Shown here: positions 43,377 through 55,769 of the stretch, one piece after another | Layout: each line of letters starts with the position of its first letter | Numbering within the stretch: position 1 is the first letter of the stretch | From: Tubulanus polymorphus | Lineage: Eukaryota; Animalia; Nemertea | NCBI RefSeq assembly: GCF_964204645.1 | Contig: NC_134029.1 | Location: forward strand, 310,001-374,000 | DNA length: 64,000 bases | Direction: 5' to 3' | Notes under the pieces: generated by a model | Told to the model about the DNA's origin: nothing | Seen by the model: the letters and a program-made list of their open reading frames with translations, nothing else | Databases searched by the model: none | Made by a program: the position numbers and the translations under genes

Positions 43377-46300
43377 ATGGATGATATATTTGCGCAAGTG
43401 AAAGAAGGAAATGCGTTTAACGTGAGATTGTGGTTGGATAATACAGAGAATGATCTCAATCAGGGGTAAGATATCCCTACCCCAACCCAACACACAGTTT
43501 ACTGTGACCTGTTTTATATTGATGGTTGATGTATTGTATTTTGAAGAGATGATCACAGGTTTAGTTTGTTACATTGGGCCGCTCGTGAAGGACGCACTAA
43601 TATAGTCGATATGCTGATACAACGCGGTGCCAGAATAAACGCCACTAATATGGGTGACGATACTGCCTTGCATCTAGCCGCAGCTCATGGACATAGAGAT
43701 ATCATCATCATGGTGAGTGCCAGATCACAGTCCGCGGTGGTCCAGATCACAGTCCACGGTGGTCCAGATCACAGTCCGCGGTGAACGAGATCACAGTCCA
43801 CGGTGGTCCAGATCACAGTCCACGGTGGTCCAGATCACAGTCCGCTGTGGTCCAGATCACAGTCCACGGTGGTCTAGATCACAGTCCACAGAGATCCAGT
43901 TCATAGATTATGTTGTATTTTCAGTTATTACACAATAAAGCTAATATAAACGCAGTGAATGAACACGGAAATACTGCTCTTCATTACGCATGTTTCTGGG
44001 GACAAGATCAAATAGCTGAGGTCAGTAACTCTCCTTCCCCTCTCCCTCTCTCCCTCCCTCTCCCTCCCCTCTTTTCCCTCTCCCTCCTCCCTCTTTCTCT
44101 CCCTCTCCCTTATCCCCTCTCCCTCTGTCTCCCTACCTCCCTCTCTCCCTCTCCCTTATCCCCTCTCCCTCTGTCTCCCTCCCTCCCTCTCTCCCTCTCC
44201 CTTATCCCCTCTCCCTCTGTCTCCCTCCCTCCCTCTCTCCCTCTCCTCCCTCTCTCCCCTCTTTCCCTCCTCTCCCTCCCCTCTCCCTCTCTGTCTCCCT
44301 CCCCCTCTTTCTCTCCCTCTCCCTTATCCCCTTTCCCTCTGTCTCCCTCCCTCTCTCTCCCTCTCCTCCCTCTCCCTCTCTCTCTCCCTCTCCTCCCTCT
44401 CCCTCTCTCCCCCTCTTTCCCTCCTCTCCCTCTCCCTTCCTCTCTTATCTTCATTGAATTCTGGTGTTGATATTTTGTTGAATTATTTCAGGATTTAGTC
44501 AATAACGGAGCCGTTGTAGCTTTATGTAATAAATACGGTGAAACTGCTTTGGATAAATCGAAATCATATCTGGAAAAAATACTACGAGGTTTGTGAATAT
44601 TGTTAGAATCAATGAATCCTCGGAGAGACTCACTCGCTGCTAGTGTGGTGTTTATCTGAATCCTGAGGATATTTAAACCGGATTAGGCTAATCTTTTAAT
44701 CTGATTTCCAGAACGTGCTGCTTCATTGGGTCAAGATTTGAATAAGATACCGTTTCAGGATCGCAGTTGGTTGGGATATAAAACGAGAAGTCGTGAGTTT
44801 TAATTTCTTGCTCCTCGCTGAAAACTGATCGATATTCTGTGTAATGTATTGATTGATTTATTTATAGGAGATGCTACTCTCTCTCGTCACACTGGTATCG
44901 ACATCGCGCAGTTAAATCTTCACACTAAAATCAGTACTAGTCATTCTGGAGAGGTAAATTTCGCACTAGAATTTTTACCGCAGTAAGAGACAAGAGTCTA
45001 CTGTATTCCTAAAATTCTTACTCAGTATTTGACACCAATTCGGGGTAGAATTTTACCGGTCTTAACTTCACTGCAGTAAGAGACAGAGTCTACTGTATTT
45101 AACAAGTCTTACTCAGTATTTGACACCAACTCTGTCATGAAGCAAGACTGTCTAATATATTTGTGTTTCTACTATATAGTGATTAAGGCTCACTGATTCT
45201 ACGACACGCTGTTTAATTGAACTGATATTTGATACTGTGTTATAGGTTTGGAGAGGAACCTGGCAGAATAATGATATAGCAGCTAAAATACTAGCAGTAA
45301 GAAGAGTAACGATGAGAAACTCAAGAGATTTCGCTGAAGAATTTCCTAAACTCAGGTTCACTAATATTCCACTCAACTCCTGTCTATCTCTTATGATTGA
45401 TTCATCCTGTTATTGTGAGCTTCAATTATATATTTCAGGATTTTCAATCATCCTAATATTTTACCAGTTCTCGGTGCTTGTAATCAACCTCCGAATTTAG
45501 TGGTGATTTCACAGTTTATGCCGTATGGGTCGCTGTTTAATGTGTTACATCAGGAAACAGGTAACTATCTCCCCCCTCATCTCTCTCCTCTCTATCTCCC
45601 CTCATCTCTCTCCTCTCTATCTCCCCTCATCTCTCACCTCTCCTCTCTATCTCCCCTCATCTCTCACCTCTCCTCTCTATCTCCCCTCATCTCTCTCCTC
45701 TCTATCTCCCCTCATCTCTCACCTCTCCTCTCTATCTCCCCTCATCTCTCCCCTCTCCTCTCTTCCTTCTTTCACTTGTCTTTTCTCACTTCTTTTCCTC
45801 CCCCTCTCTAACCTCACTCTCTCCTCTGTCTCTTCTCATTCTCTCCTCCCTCTCTCACTCCCTCCTCTACTCCTCTCTCACCTCATCACTCTCTAATTTC
45901 CTCCCCTCTCTCTGTCTCTCCCCCTCTCTCTTCTCGTTGCACCTGACATTGTTAATATGGTAACACTGTGCTGTATTTCAGGATTAGTGATAGATCAAGC
46001 TCAGGCTTTGAGATTTGCGTTAGATATAGCGCGTGGAATGGAATTTCTACATTCAATGGAACCGATGATACCAAATATGCATTTAACCAGTAAACATGTT
46101 ATGGTAAGTTTATATTTCAATTTATAATGAAGCTTTTAATAAAAAATACAGCTAATGTTTAATTAAAACAGTCTAATGCCTTATTGAAATAATGGCTTTA
46201 ATGAATTTATGATAAAACTTTTTGATAATTGCTGTTTATTTAAAATGTGTTCTCACAACAATTCAAGCTTCGATGTAAAAAAACACAGACACCCGCCCGC

Positions 46301-48103
46301 TGGCCGTGCTTATTTCACCCCCCGGAGCAGACACCCGCCCGCTGGCCGTTGTTATTTCACCCCCCCGGAACAGACACCCACCCGCTGGCCATGCTTATTT
46401 CACCCCTCATGGATCTGATTCACTTGTTGTAGAATTGTGATAAAACTATTGAATTTACAGATCGATGAAGATTTAGCTAAAATAAACTTTGATGATCCAA
46501 AGTTTATATCACGTCGTCGAGATGGAGCTGTAACGCAGGGGGTAAGGGGTCGGTCACCTGCTATTACTGCTGTCAAAACACTGCTTACACTAACACTACA
46601 TCGTCAGTACTACTCACTCTGTTACTATGGAGTCTGTTACTATGGAGATCATTTCTGTTAATCTTTTAGGCTAGAAAAATATCTAATTTTGAAAACAAAA
46701 TAATCTTCATTTGGTTGTCACGGTGATGTGAGTGAATTGCTTGTCGCTACCTAGTTCTGCCTCTCATTGCCATGGTTACTAGCTGTTCTGGAGCTTACGA
46801 TGCGTGCGCAGTAACTTTTAGATGATAACACTTTAGGGGATGGGGAACTAACAATGTGTGTGTTGTCATGGTGACGCCGGATTACCGATTGATTGATTGC
46901 CTGTCTGTCGCCTGTCACTCAATGTCTGTCCTCAGATTCTGTATTCATGAATAACATCTGTTACTTACTTCAGAGTTTTATTTCAGCTTAAATTCTGTAA
47001 TTTTACTGTTTTCATACTAATTGAGATGCGTTCACAGTTCACCTCGTGTTTATTAACCCTTTACCCTTTTAAGTCCCCCACCCCCCAAATTCAAAGAGCA
47101 ACTGTTTTATTTACTAAATACTCGGCATAAACCCCTCAATTCCATTCATCCTGTATTCGATGGATCTTGCTTGTCTATTTCTAAATCTTGTCACTTTCAA
47201 TCAACTGAACTCCAGTTCCACATTTGAGTTAAAATTGATTCTGGAGTATATAATCAACTCTAAATGGAGACCCACTGTGGACCTGGCTCCTCATATCAAT
47301 CTTACGCCTTTTGATAATCTCATTAAACTCAACCTCGATAGTTTTATAGTGAACACTATTCAAATCAACATTTCATCAGAAAGTTTTATCGATCTGTTTT
47401 TTTAGGTCGACGAAGATCTGACGGCCAGAATCAATATGGCCGACTATAAGTTCACATTTCATGAGAGGGGTAAATTTTACGCGCCGGCTTGGCTCGCTCC
47501 TGAAGGTTGGTATGAATTGAGTAGTACAGCTCCGCCGGTGTTTCTGTTCTGATATGATGATTGTTTTGTTTATTTCTGCAGCATTACAGAGAGACCCCGT
47601 TGATTTAAACATACGAGCTGCTAATATGTGGAGTTACGCTATTCTACTGTGGGAACTAGCTACGAGAGAGGTTCCGTTCGCTGATCTCGCTCCGTTAGAA
47701 ATAGGCATGAAGGTAAAGAAACTGTGTTCTGGACCCTGCAGCTGTGGAACCGGGCCCTACGGCCGTGGAACCGGGCCCTGCGGCCGTGGAACCGGGCCCT
47801 GCAGCTGTGGAACCGGGCCCTGCAGCTGTGGAACCGGGCCCTGCAGCTGTGGAACCGGGCCTTGCAGCTGTGGAACCTGGCCCTGCAGCTGATCCTGTGT
47901 CTGTGTGAAAACGTCCGTCAGTTAATTATCTGTTGTATTTATAGGTGGCGCTAGAAGGATTACGGATTACGATCCCGCCAGGAATCTCACATCACATGTC
48001 GAAACTAGTGAAAATCTGTATGAATGAAGATGCAGGAAAACGACCTCGATTCGATATGATTATTCCTATACTGGAACGCATGAAACAATCAGCTAATAAT
48101 TAA
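43377..48103 (+). CDS. ILK: Integrin-linked (pseudo)kinase
   Basis: [13 protein letters not shown], ankyrin repeats ([38 protein letters not shown]) and a pseudokinase domain ([51 protein letters not shown]). Confidence 0.97.
46461..46541 (+). CDS. Candidate alternative 81-nt ILK cassette exon
   Basis: TTACAG|[27 protein letters not shown]|GTAAGG, phase 0-0. Paralogous to the canonical exon 47406-47505 ([16 protein letters not shown]). Confidence 0.6.
47732..47891. repeat. Intronic 21-bp minisatellite
   Basis: Unit tgcagctgtggaaccgggccc, about 7.5 copies. Confidence 0.95.
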
Positions 48104-49965
48104 ACAGGGATCCTAGAGTGGTAGGAGTGAGGAAGAGTGGGGAGTGGGGGAGTCAAGAAGTCATGGAGTGGAAGGGGAGTGGGAGAGAGAGGGGGAGTGG
48201 GGGAGTCAAGTATTCATGGAGTGGAAGGGGAGTGGGATAGAGAGGGGAGTGGGAGAGTGAGGGGGAGTGGGGGAGTCAAGTATTCATGGAGTGGAGGGGG
48301 CAGGAGACAGTGGGGGAGTCAATAGTCAGAGTGGGGGGGGGGGGAGGGGAGAAGAAAGGTTTTTAAATAAAAGTGAAATCATATTTGGAAAAGTACTTCG
48401 ACGTTTGTTATGTGAACAGTGTCAGAATCAATGAACCCTCAGTACAGATTAAGACTCACTTCGATTGTGTGGTTTTTATCAGGTTTGAATCTCTTTTAGT
48501 GGATGGGTGGAAGAGTGGGAGGGGGGTCAGTGAAATAAAGGGGTGGCGAGTCAGTAGGAGAATCCACGGTGGAATATGAAACGTCAGTAGAATAATGAGG
48601 TGTTTTAGAAACAGTTTAATGAGACAGAATTTTGAGATTGAGAAATAAAACATTGAATCCTGTATTGAATGAAAGTATTAAAACTATTATAAAATCTCAG
48701 TTGTTTCTGTGAGATATAAATAGAAATGTAGTAAATTTTAGTAATTAATTTATATATGAAATTATAACATCTATAACTCTAATTCTATTAAACACTTCTA
48801 TTGTTGTGTGTTGAATTTCATACGTCATTGTATTCAAATCAATACTAAAGTAGCCTAGGCAACGTCCAAATGAATTGATTTATTCTTGCTGAGACAGGAA
48901 AGCATGTAAAAAAAAACTGCTGTACTATGAAATATACTGATGCAAAACATTTAGTTCGTTTTTTAAAAGGCATTTATAGTAACAATATATAAACCTGTTT
49001 GCTACCTGTGACTTGTATCTACTTGAAATCGTTTTTTTTGTCCTTTGTTCATGTTTTTTTTTACCTTATTGCTGATAAAATTATTATAATGAAATATTTC
49101 ACTTTGGTGCTAGATTTTATAGAATATAAGACTGAAGTTGAGCCTCGGGAATCATGTCACACTAATTCTGGATCATGCAGACAACTAGAGGGTTTAAACC
49201 AGAAGGCTTAGATTTAAGACCTGTGCTAAGCCCATTCTGGAACTCAATCTATATACTTTTTAAGGTCAAGTCTTAATAAACAATGTTAGACATGAGGCTA
49301 GTTGTACAAACGACTGGGTCCAGTTGCAAAATCGAGACTTAAGTCCAAAAGTAGTAAATCTTAAGACTGGTCTTAAGTTGTTAGATTGGCTATATACTAA
49401 GTTGGTCTACTCTTAGACTGGTCTTAAGTCTAAGCCATGACTATGCAACTGCACCTTGGCTTGCCCTAATTTACGTCTTAAATTCTATTGTCATCATATA
49501 TAACTATATAAAAACATAGTGTATTGTATATCATTGATAACATTATGATTAGAGGTCGTAGCTTTGAATATAGATATATTATTACTAATAAACTATTGAT
49601 ACTCTGAAATTAATAAACAAATAAACTACAGTTAATTCGATGAGTCGTTATTGCTGTATTATTTATTTCTGCACGTCCAGTCTATTGCTACGTGAGGCGA
49701 AGGAGTTACAGCAGTTTTAAATCGAAGTGTCTGTATAGGAGTTTCCACCCTTTTCTTTTTATATATATATAGTACCAGCGATACTGGATGATCTAAGCTA
49801 CAGTTCACCCCAAACTTCAAACACGAGCCCCTGTGGATTTATAGAAAGGAGAATTGATTGCCGACAAAGGTAGACTGTGACCTAGGGGAACGCGCACCTG
49901 CTGAGCTACTAGCAAGTGCGCGTTCTTTGTATTATGAGTAACTATTCGCGCTGCCGTTTCAACGT

Positions 49966-50037
49966 GCCGTGATCGTCTAGAGGTTAGGACATTGCGTTGT
50001 GGCCGCAATAACCCAGGTTCGAATCCTGGTCACGGCA
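49966..50037 (+). tRNA. tRNA-His (GTG)
   Basis: GCCGTGA/TCACGGC acceptor stem, TTGCG-TTGTGGC-CGCAA anticodon arm, CCAGG-TTCGAAT-CCTGG T arm, and a T6 Pol III terminator at 50041. Confidence 0.96.
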
Positions 50038-50222
50038 TCATTTTTTATCGCTCAATCAAAGTATTTTCGATTCATTTTTGAATTAATTCTTATGTTTTCG
50101 TGCATTTTATTTTTTCATTGACGTTGGTTATACTGATTTTTAGTAAAATCACAATATATTCGTTCGTTGGCGCGCACACTGCGTCGGTCGTTGTCGCTCC
50201 AACTCCGATTTCCTATTTCATC

Positions 50223-51197
50223 CTAACGCTGGTTGCAGACTTTTTCGATGAAATATGCTCGAATTTCTTTTCCGAGTAAAAGATATATGTAAAAATTAAT
50301 GGCGTAGTTACAAACGTGCAACTGTGTGAAAACATCTAAATAGAATTCCTTCAGCTCCCCGGTTAGTGGTATGAAAGCGCTGACTGACGTCGGGAGGGTG
50401 AACATTGCAAATGCGAGTGAAACTGTTACAAGCATTATTGTCGTACGTTTGGATTTTGCAGTTTTCTGATCGGACGAAACCATTTTTAAACCTCTGAATA
50501 ACTGAATTATTATAGCAGAATTTGATGTGAAAATCAAAACCAGCGGCAGGAAATAAACGTAGACGATGATTGAAATATTGAACACGAATTGGTTAAATAA
50601 TACATAATTGAAACCAAATATTGGGAGAGAGAAATATAAAATCGTCGGTAGAACGCATATAACTAACGTATTAACTGCAGAAATTGAAACGATGACGCTT
50701 CGAGCGAATTTCGGTGTACATATCAAACGAGATGTGAACGGGAAGAGAACAACTGCCGCTCGTTCTAGAGATATCGCTACTATCAACCACGAACTGGTAG
50801 CTCCCATAAATGACATTATAAATTCGTAGATTTGACAACTGATCAGTGAATTCATGATGAATATAGGACCGGTGTTTAGATGCAAGAGAACAAACTGTAA
50901 AACAGGCATCAGTGTGAAACTGATACAGACGAGAAAATCGCATAAAGATAAAACGATCAGATAGTTAGCGTAAGATAAACTGCGGAATCTGCGACTTATC
51001 ATTATCACGAAAACGGCTGAATTTCCGAAGGCGCTCAGTAGGAATATGATTGGTAGAGTACATAGTGATATTGTACGGTATCCATCGGACTTGTTCTCCA
51101 CAGACATGAGGACGATATAACTGAGATAAGGTCTGCCAAACTGCATTTCAGTTGAATTCATAATTTCTGGAAGTTCTCCTCCTGAGCTCTGAAACAT
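50223..51197 (-). CDS. Class A GPCR, orphan peptide-receptor/chemoreceptor-like, paralog 1
   Basis: 7 TM pattern, GN in TM1, LSLCD in TM2, SLER at the DRY position and NYAINFYIY in TM7. Single coding exon. Confidence 0.88.
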   Translation of the reverse strand: MFQSSGGELPEIMNSTEMQFGRPYLSYIVLMSVENKSDGYRTISLCTLPIIFLLSAFGNSAVFVIMISRRFRSLSYANYLIVLSLCDFLVCISFTLMPVLQFVLLHLNTGPIFIMNSLISCQIYEFIMSFMGATSSWLIVAISLERAAVVLFPFTSRLICTPKFARSVIVSISAVNTLVICVLPTILYFSLPIFGFNYVLFNQFVFNISIIVYVYFLPLVLIFTSNSAIIIQLFRGLKMVSSDQKTAKSKRTTIMLVTVSLAFAMFTLPTSVSAFIPLTGELKEFYLDVFTQLHVCNYAINFYIYLLLGKEIRAYFIEKVCNQR

Positions 51198-51638
51198 CGA
51201 TAGGATGTAAGCACACAGAGAACGGTATATTATAACTAATTGGATGAATACATCTTTTGCTGATATCTAATTAGTCCTTAATGAAATAAAGATCGCTGGA
51301 AATTCTACATTAATTAAGTTCCGTGGTCTGGAGAAATGTCATCGATTTAAAAACGACCTTCGCAGAGCAAAAACCGATTTAGATTTAAAATGCAAAAAAA
51401 CGATAATACTATAAAACCCGTATAGCCTGTTATTTAAATAATAATCATTTCGTTATCGAAACTTTTTTCTTAGTCTAGTCCAAATATCTACCCGCTTAAA
51501 TACATGAACTTTTAAACGAATCGTTTCAGAGTCCATGTGGAATATACAGAATAGTAGACGATTCAGTTTTATTTGAAACATTGGGGCACGTAACAATAAA
51601 ATTCTAAATGAATTTTTCAGGGGGCGAATTTTTCACCA

Positions 51639-51675
<37 letters not shown>

Positions 51676-51944
51676 AAGGGCGTTTGGTCAGAAAGGGGGA
51701 GGTGGTGTTGATTGAGTTGGGTGTATTGTTCATGTCAATCAAAATTGCATTAAAAAGCCACTGAAATTTCCAATTTTTCCAGATCCCGTCTTTTGCTTGC
51801 ATGGATAACTGCGGGTTTTCAGGCAAGTACTGGATAAATAAACGACACATGTTCAAAACAAATAAGTTAGCAAAATCTATTGATCAAAAAATGACACAAG
51901 CCAAGAAGATGGTTATCATACCTCGCCGGCCCAAAATATAGCCT

Positions 51945-52150
51945 CAACCTCAACCCTAATCGCTAGGGCCCGAGCTCACTCATAACCCTAACCCTAGCTC
52001 CAGCACGCTCGTAACCCTAACCCTAGCAGGGTTCGAACTCGCGTCCTCCTAGACGCCAGCTGTGCACGTTAACCACTAGGCCACCGAGCTGTAGTGATTG
52101 ATCGAGTTTGTTAATATGTCCGGTCAGTGTGGTGACCAGTCACGCGTGGT
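51945..52150 (-). mobile_element. tRNA-related dispersed repeat with TTAGGG tail, second copy
   Basis: Minus strand reads tgactggtcaccacact...cactac...tggcctagtggtt...gagttcgaaccct-gctagggttagggtta (twice). Confidence 0.6.
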
Positions 52151-52745
52151 CGACACTATTTACCAAATGGAACCCTCTCATTATGTTGTATAAAGAAATA
52201 TAGATATCGTAGATTCCACACTAACTCGGTATTTTTAAACTTGTGCGAAGTTTTACTAACAAATTCGACAAAAGTTTAATTTCCCTGGAAAAGCTTAATT
52301 AAACTTAGGAGGTCATTTATTTACAGCTGTGATGACTGCCCACCCCTAGAACTGCTCTGAAACTACAGATGAAATTGCTCTAATTCTCTCACCGCGAAAT
52401 AAATCTCGATGAGCTGGTAGGGTCTGTAGTGGTGGATAGAATGCAACTCCGGGCTCATTATCTATAGTAAGGATGGAAGCTTATGGATTTTTCTTAGGCC
52501 GGCGGCGGGACTGTTGGACATTGGAAATCTGAGATTGCAAATTATGCTCAATAGAAAACTGTGCGTCAAATTTCAGAGAATTGATTTACACTCATGTCTC
52601 TTACGGCTGTCAACCGAATATAATTATGTAGAGATCTAAAATTTAGTGAAATTGTTTTCTATTCAGAGTTATTGGATGTGCGCTCCGTCAGTTAAACTCT
52701 GACACTGAGACGGATTAGTGTTACATTCAGCAAGACCGAACGCGA

Positions 52746-53699
52746 ATGATGAATTTTACTCAGACACGAGTTGCGAGATCTTACAGTAATTACATAGTAC
52801 TGATGTCTGTTGAGAACAGGTCTGGAAGCTCTCGTACTGTATCATTGGTCATTCTGCCTATCTTTTTCCTGTTAGGAGCCTTCGGAAATTTGGCTACTTT
52901 CCTGATAATGATAAGTCGCAGATTCCGCAGTTTATCTTACTCTTACTATCTGGTCGTTTTGTCAGTCAGTGATTTGATGGTTTGTTTCGATTTTACACTG
53001 ATGCCTGTTTTACAGTTTGTTCTCTTGCGTCTAAACACCGGTCCGATATACTTGATGAATTCACTGATCAGTTGTCAATTGTATGAATCTCTGATGGATT
53101 GTATGGGCGCGAGCAGTGCTTGGTTAATCGTGGCGATATCTCTAGAACGTGCGGCAGTTGTTCTCTTCCCGTTCACATCTCGTTTGATATGTACACCCAG
53201 ATTTGCCCGCTGCACCATTGCGATTATTTTTGTAATGAATGCATTAATAATTGGTATTTACCCATCAGTAATTATGAAGTTCTCGTCGCACTTTCTCGGA
53301 TGTTACTATGAAATATTTCAACAATTCATATTTTTTATGTCATATGTAATACACGTTTATATTCTACCCTTGTCTTTTATTATTACATCAAATTCTTTTA
53401 TAATAATTCAGTTATTCAGAGGTTCAAAAATAGTTTCGTCCGATCAGAAAACTGCAAAATCCAAACGTACAACAATAATGCTCGTAACAGTTTCACTCGC
53501 ATTTGCAATGTTTACACTACCAAATACTATTGCTATATTTTTACCAATCCCCCCTAAACAATACGCATTTATCTTAGACATATCCACTCAATTCCTAATG
53601 TGTAATTACTCGATAAATTTTTACATATATCTTCTGCTTGGACGAGAAATTCGTGAATATTTTTTCGCAAAATTTTACTGTAGAAATTCAGGAAAATAA
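52746..53699 (+). CDS. Class A GPCR, paralog 2
   Basis: Intact 317-aa 7TM ORF, clearly paralogous to the ORF at 50223-51197. Confidence 0.9.
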   Translation: MMNFTQTRVARSYSNYIVLMSVENRSGSSRTVSLVILPIFFLLGAFGNLATFLIMISRRFRSLSYSYYLVVLSVSDLMVCFDFTLMPVLQFVLLRLNTGPIYLMNSLISCQLYESLMDCMGASSAWLIVAISLERAAVVLFPFTSRLICTPRFARCTIAIIFVMNALIIGIYPSVIMKFSSHFLGCYYEIFQQFIFFMSYVIHVYILPLSFIITSNSFIIIQLFRGSKIVSSDQKTAKSKRTTIMLVTVSLAFAMFTLPNTIAIFLPIPPKQYAFILDISTQFLMCNYSINFYIYLLLGREIREYFFAKFYCRNSGK

Positions 53700-54239
53700 C
53701 CGTTGATTTCTAGTTTCATTGAATCACGACTTGTGAACTGAGGAACCGCCAGATAATTCTATAACTAATCGTTTTTGTATCTTTTTGTACTTGAATGTTT
53801 GAGAGCCTCCAATTCGAGGAAACCCTCGAATTTACTGAATGGCTCACTTGTAATTTATAATTCAAAAAAACTGTTAGTTTTATTAAAGGAGATAAATTAA
53901 GAAATATTATACTAACTATTACATTCTACGTCCAGTGTATATATCTAGTTTTTCAAAACAATCAAATCTGATTTAATACAAACCGAAGGGTCCATTATGA
54001 TTAGAATTTAATGACCGCAACAAAACAACCGCATTAGCTTAATAGGTCACAATGACGTCATGGATATGATGACCATGGCTTGAGTCCTAGAGTTAAAAAA
54101 TTGCTATATCAGAAAATTGCAAAAGTTTATTTTTGATGTGACCAGCATTTAATATTTTGTATGAATTACACAATTTATAAAGAACGTTTTAATTTCCTGT
54201 ATTTTTGCGGATTTCAGAAAATAAAATAAAACATACGAA

Positions 54240-54395
54240 CTCAGTATTAATGCACAATACAGAGTACTCTGTGTTAATGCACAATACAGAGTACTCTGTA
54301 TTAATGCACAATACAGAGTACTCTGTATTAATGCACAATACAGAGTACTCTGTGTTAACGCACAATACAGAGTACTCTGTATAAATGCACATTAC
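54240..54395. repeat. 27-bp minisatellite with palindromic core
   Basis: Unit cacaatacagagtactctgtRttaatg, about 5.5 copies. Confidence 0.92.
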
Positions 54396-54825
54396 AGATT
54401 TAGTACCTTAGTTTTTATTTTCTGAAATCCTCAACAAGCAAAAATACAGGAAATTACACGAGGCTCATATAGTTGAAGTTTTGTGGAAGCTTAGATCCTA
54501 CAGCAACTATACTTTGAAAATGCAGTTATGTTTCTATCAAAGGGTGGATTCATCGTCATGTTTCGCACATCAATTTGCAAACTATATATAAAACTCTTAT
54601 AGTCAGGTGGAACGATCTGCTTAATGAATGTATGATACACAGTGTTACAAATTTTACAGAATGGATTTTCAATTTCGACTCTCATTTCTGAAAACCTTAG
54701 AAATATCTAAATCGAATTAAATTATTTCTGTACCATACAGATTAATTGGAGGCACGCGCGTCTCCAGATTAACCTCGACAGTGAGACATTCGTGACCAAA
54801 TTCGAGGATCGTTTCTCCTGGAATT

Positions 54826-55769
54826 ATGAATCGTTCTACTCGGATACAAATTGCGAGATCTTACGCCAATTACATCGTTCTATTATCAGTGGCAAACAGG
54901 TCTGGAATCTACCGTACTGTGTCACTGATCATTCTACCAGTCGCATTTCTGTTAGGAACCTTTGGAAACGCGGCTACAACCATGATAATGATAAGTCGTA
55001 GATTCCGCAGTTTATCTTACGCTTACTATCTGATCGTTTTGTCAGTCAGTGATTTTATGGTTTGTTTCGCTTTATCACTGACGCCTGTTTTACAGTTTGT
55101 TCTCTTGAATCTAAATACTGGAGCGATATATCTGATGACTTCACTGTCAGGTTGTAAACTCTATGAATCTCTAATGAATTCTATGGCTGCTAACAGTTCG
55201 TGGTTAATAGTAGCGATATCTCTAGAACGAGCGGCAGTTGTTCTCTTCCCGTTCACATCTCGTTTGATATGTACACCGAAATTCGCCCGATGTGAATGAA
55301 CTCACTGGTTGTCGGTATTTATCCAGCTATAATTATGAAGTTTTCTGACGTTGTTTTCGGATGTTACTATGCCCTCTTTCACCAACTCATATTTTTCATG
55401 TCGTATATATATATATGTATATACATATATATCATACCACTATCGTTAATAATTTCATCAAATATTGTTATAATAATTCAATTATTCAGAAGTTCAAAAA
55501 TAGTTTCGTCCGATCAGAAAACTACAAAAGCAAAACGTACAACAATAATGCTTGTAACAGTTTCACTCGTATTTGCGATGTTTACACTACCAAACGTTAT
55601 TACAGCACTGATCCCTCTACCCGCCGACAAAAATGAATTTATATTAGCTATATCCGCCATCTTTCTAATGTTTAATTACACAATAAATTTTTACATATAT
55701 CTTCTGCTCGGACGAGAAATTCGTGAATATTTTTTTGCGAAGTTTTATTGTAGAAATTCACTGAAATAA
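54826..55769 (+). pseudogene. Class A GPCR, paralog 3, frameshifted
   Basis: Two abutting ORFs (54826-55299 and 55296-55769). About 19 nt are missing at the start of TM4 relative to paralog 2. Confidence 0.75.

Noticed and set aside
43910-45935. Pro/Leu/Ser-rich and Gly/Glu/Arg-rich ORFs
   Set aside because: CT-rich low-complexity ILK introns read past donor sites.
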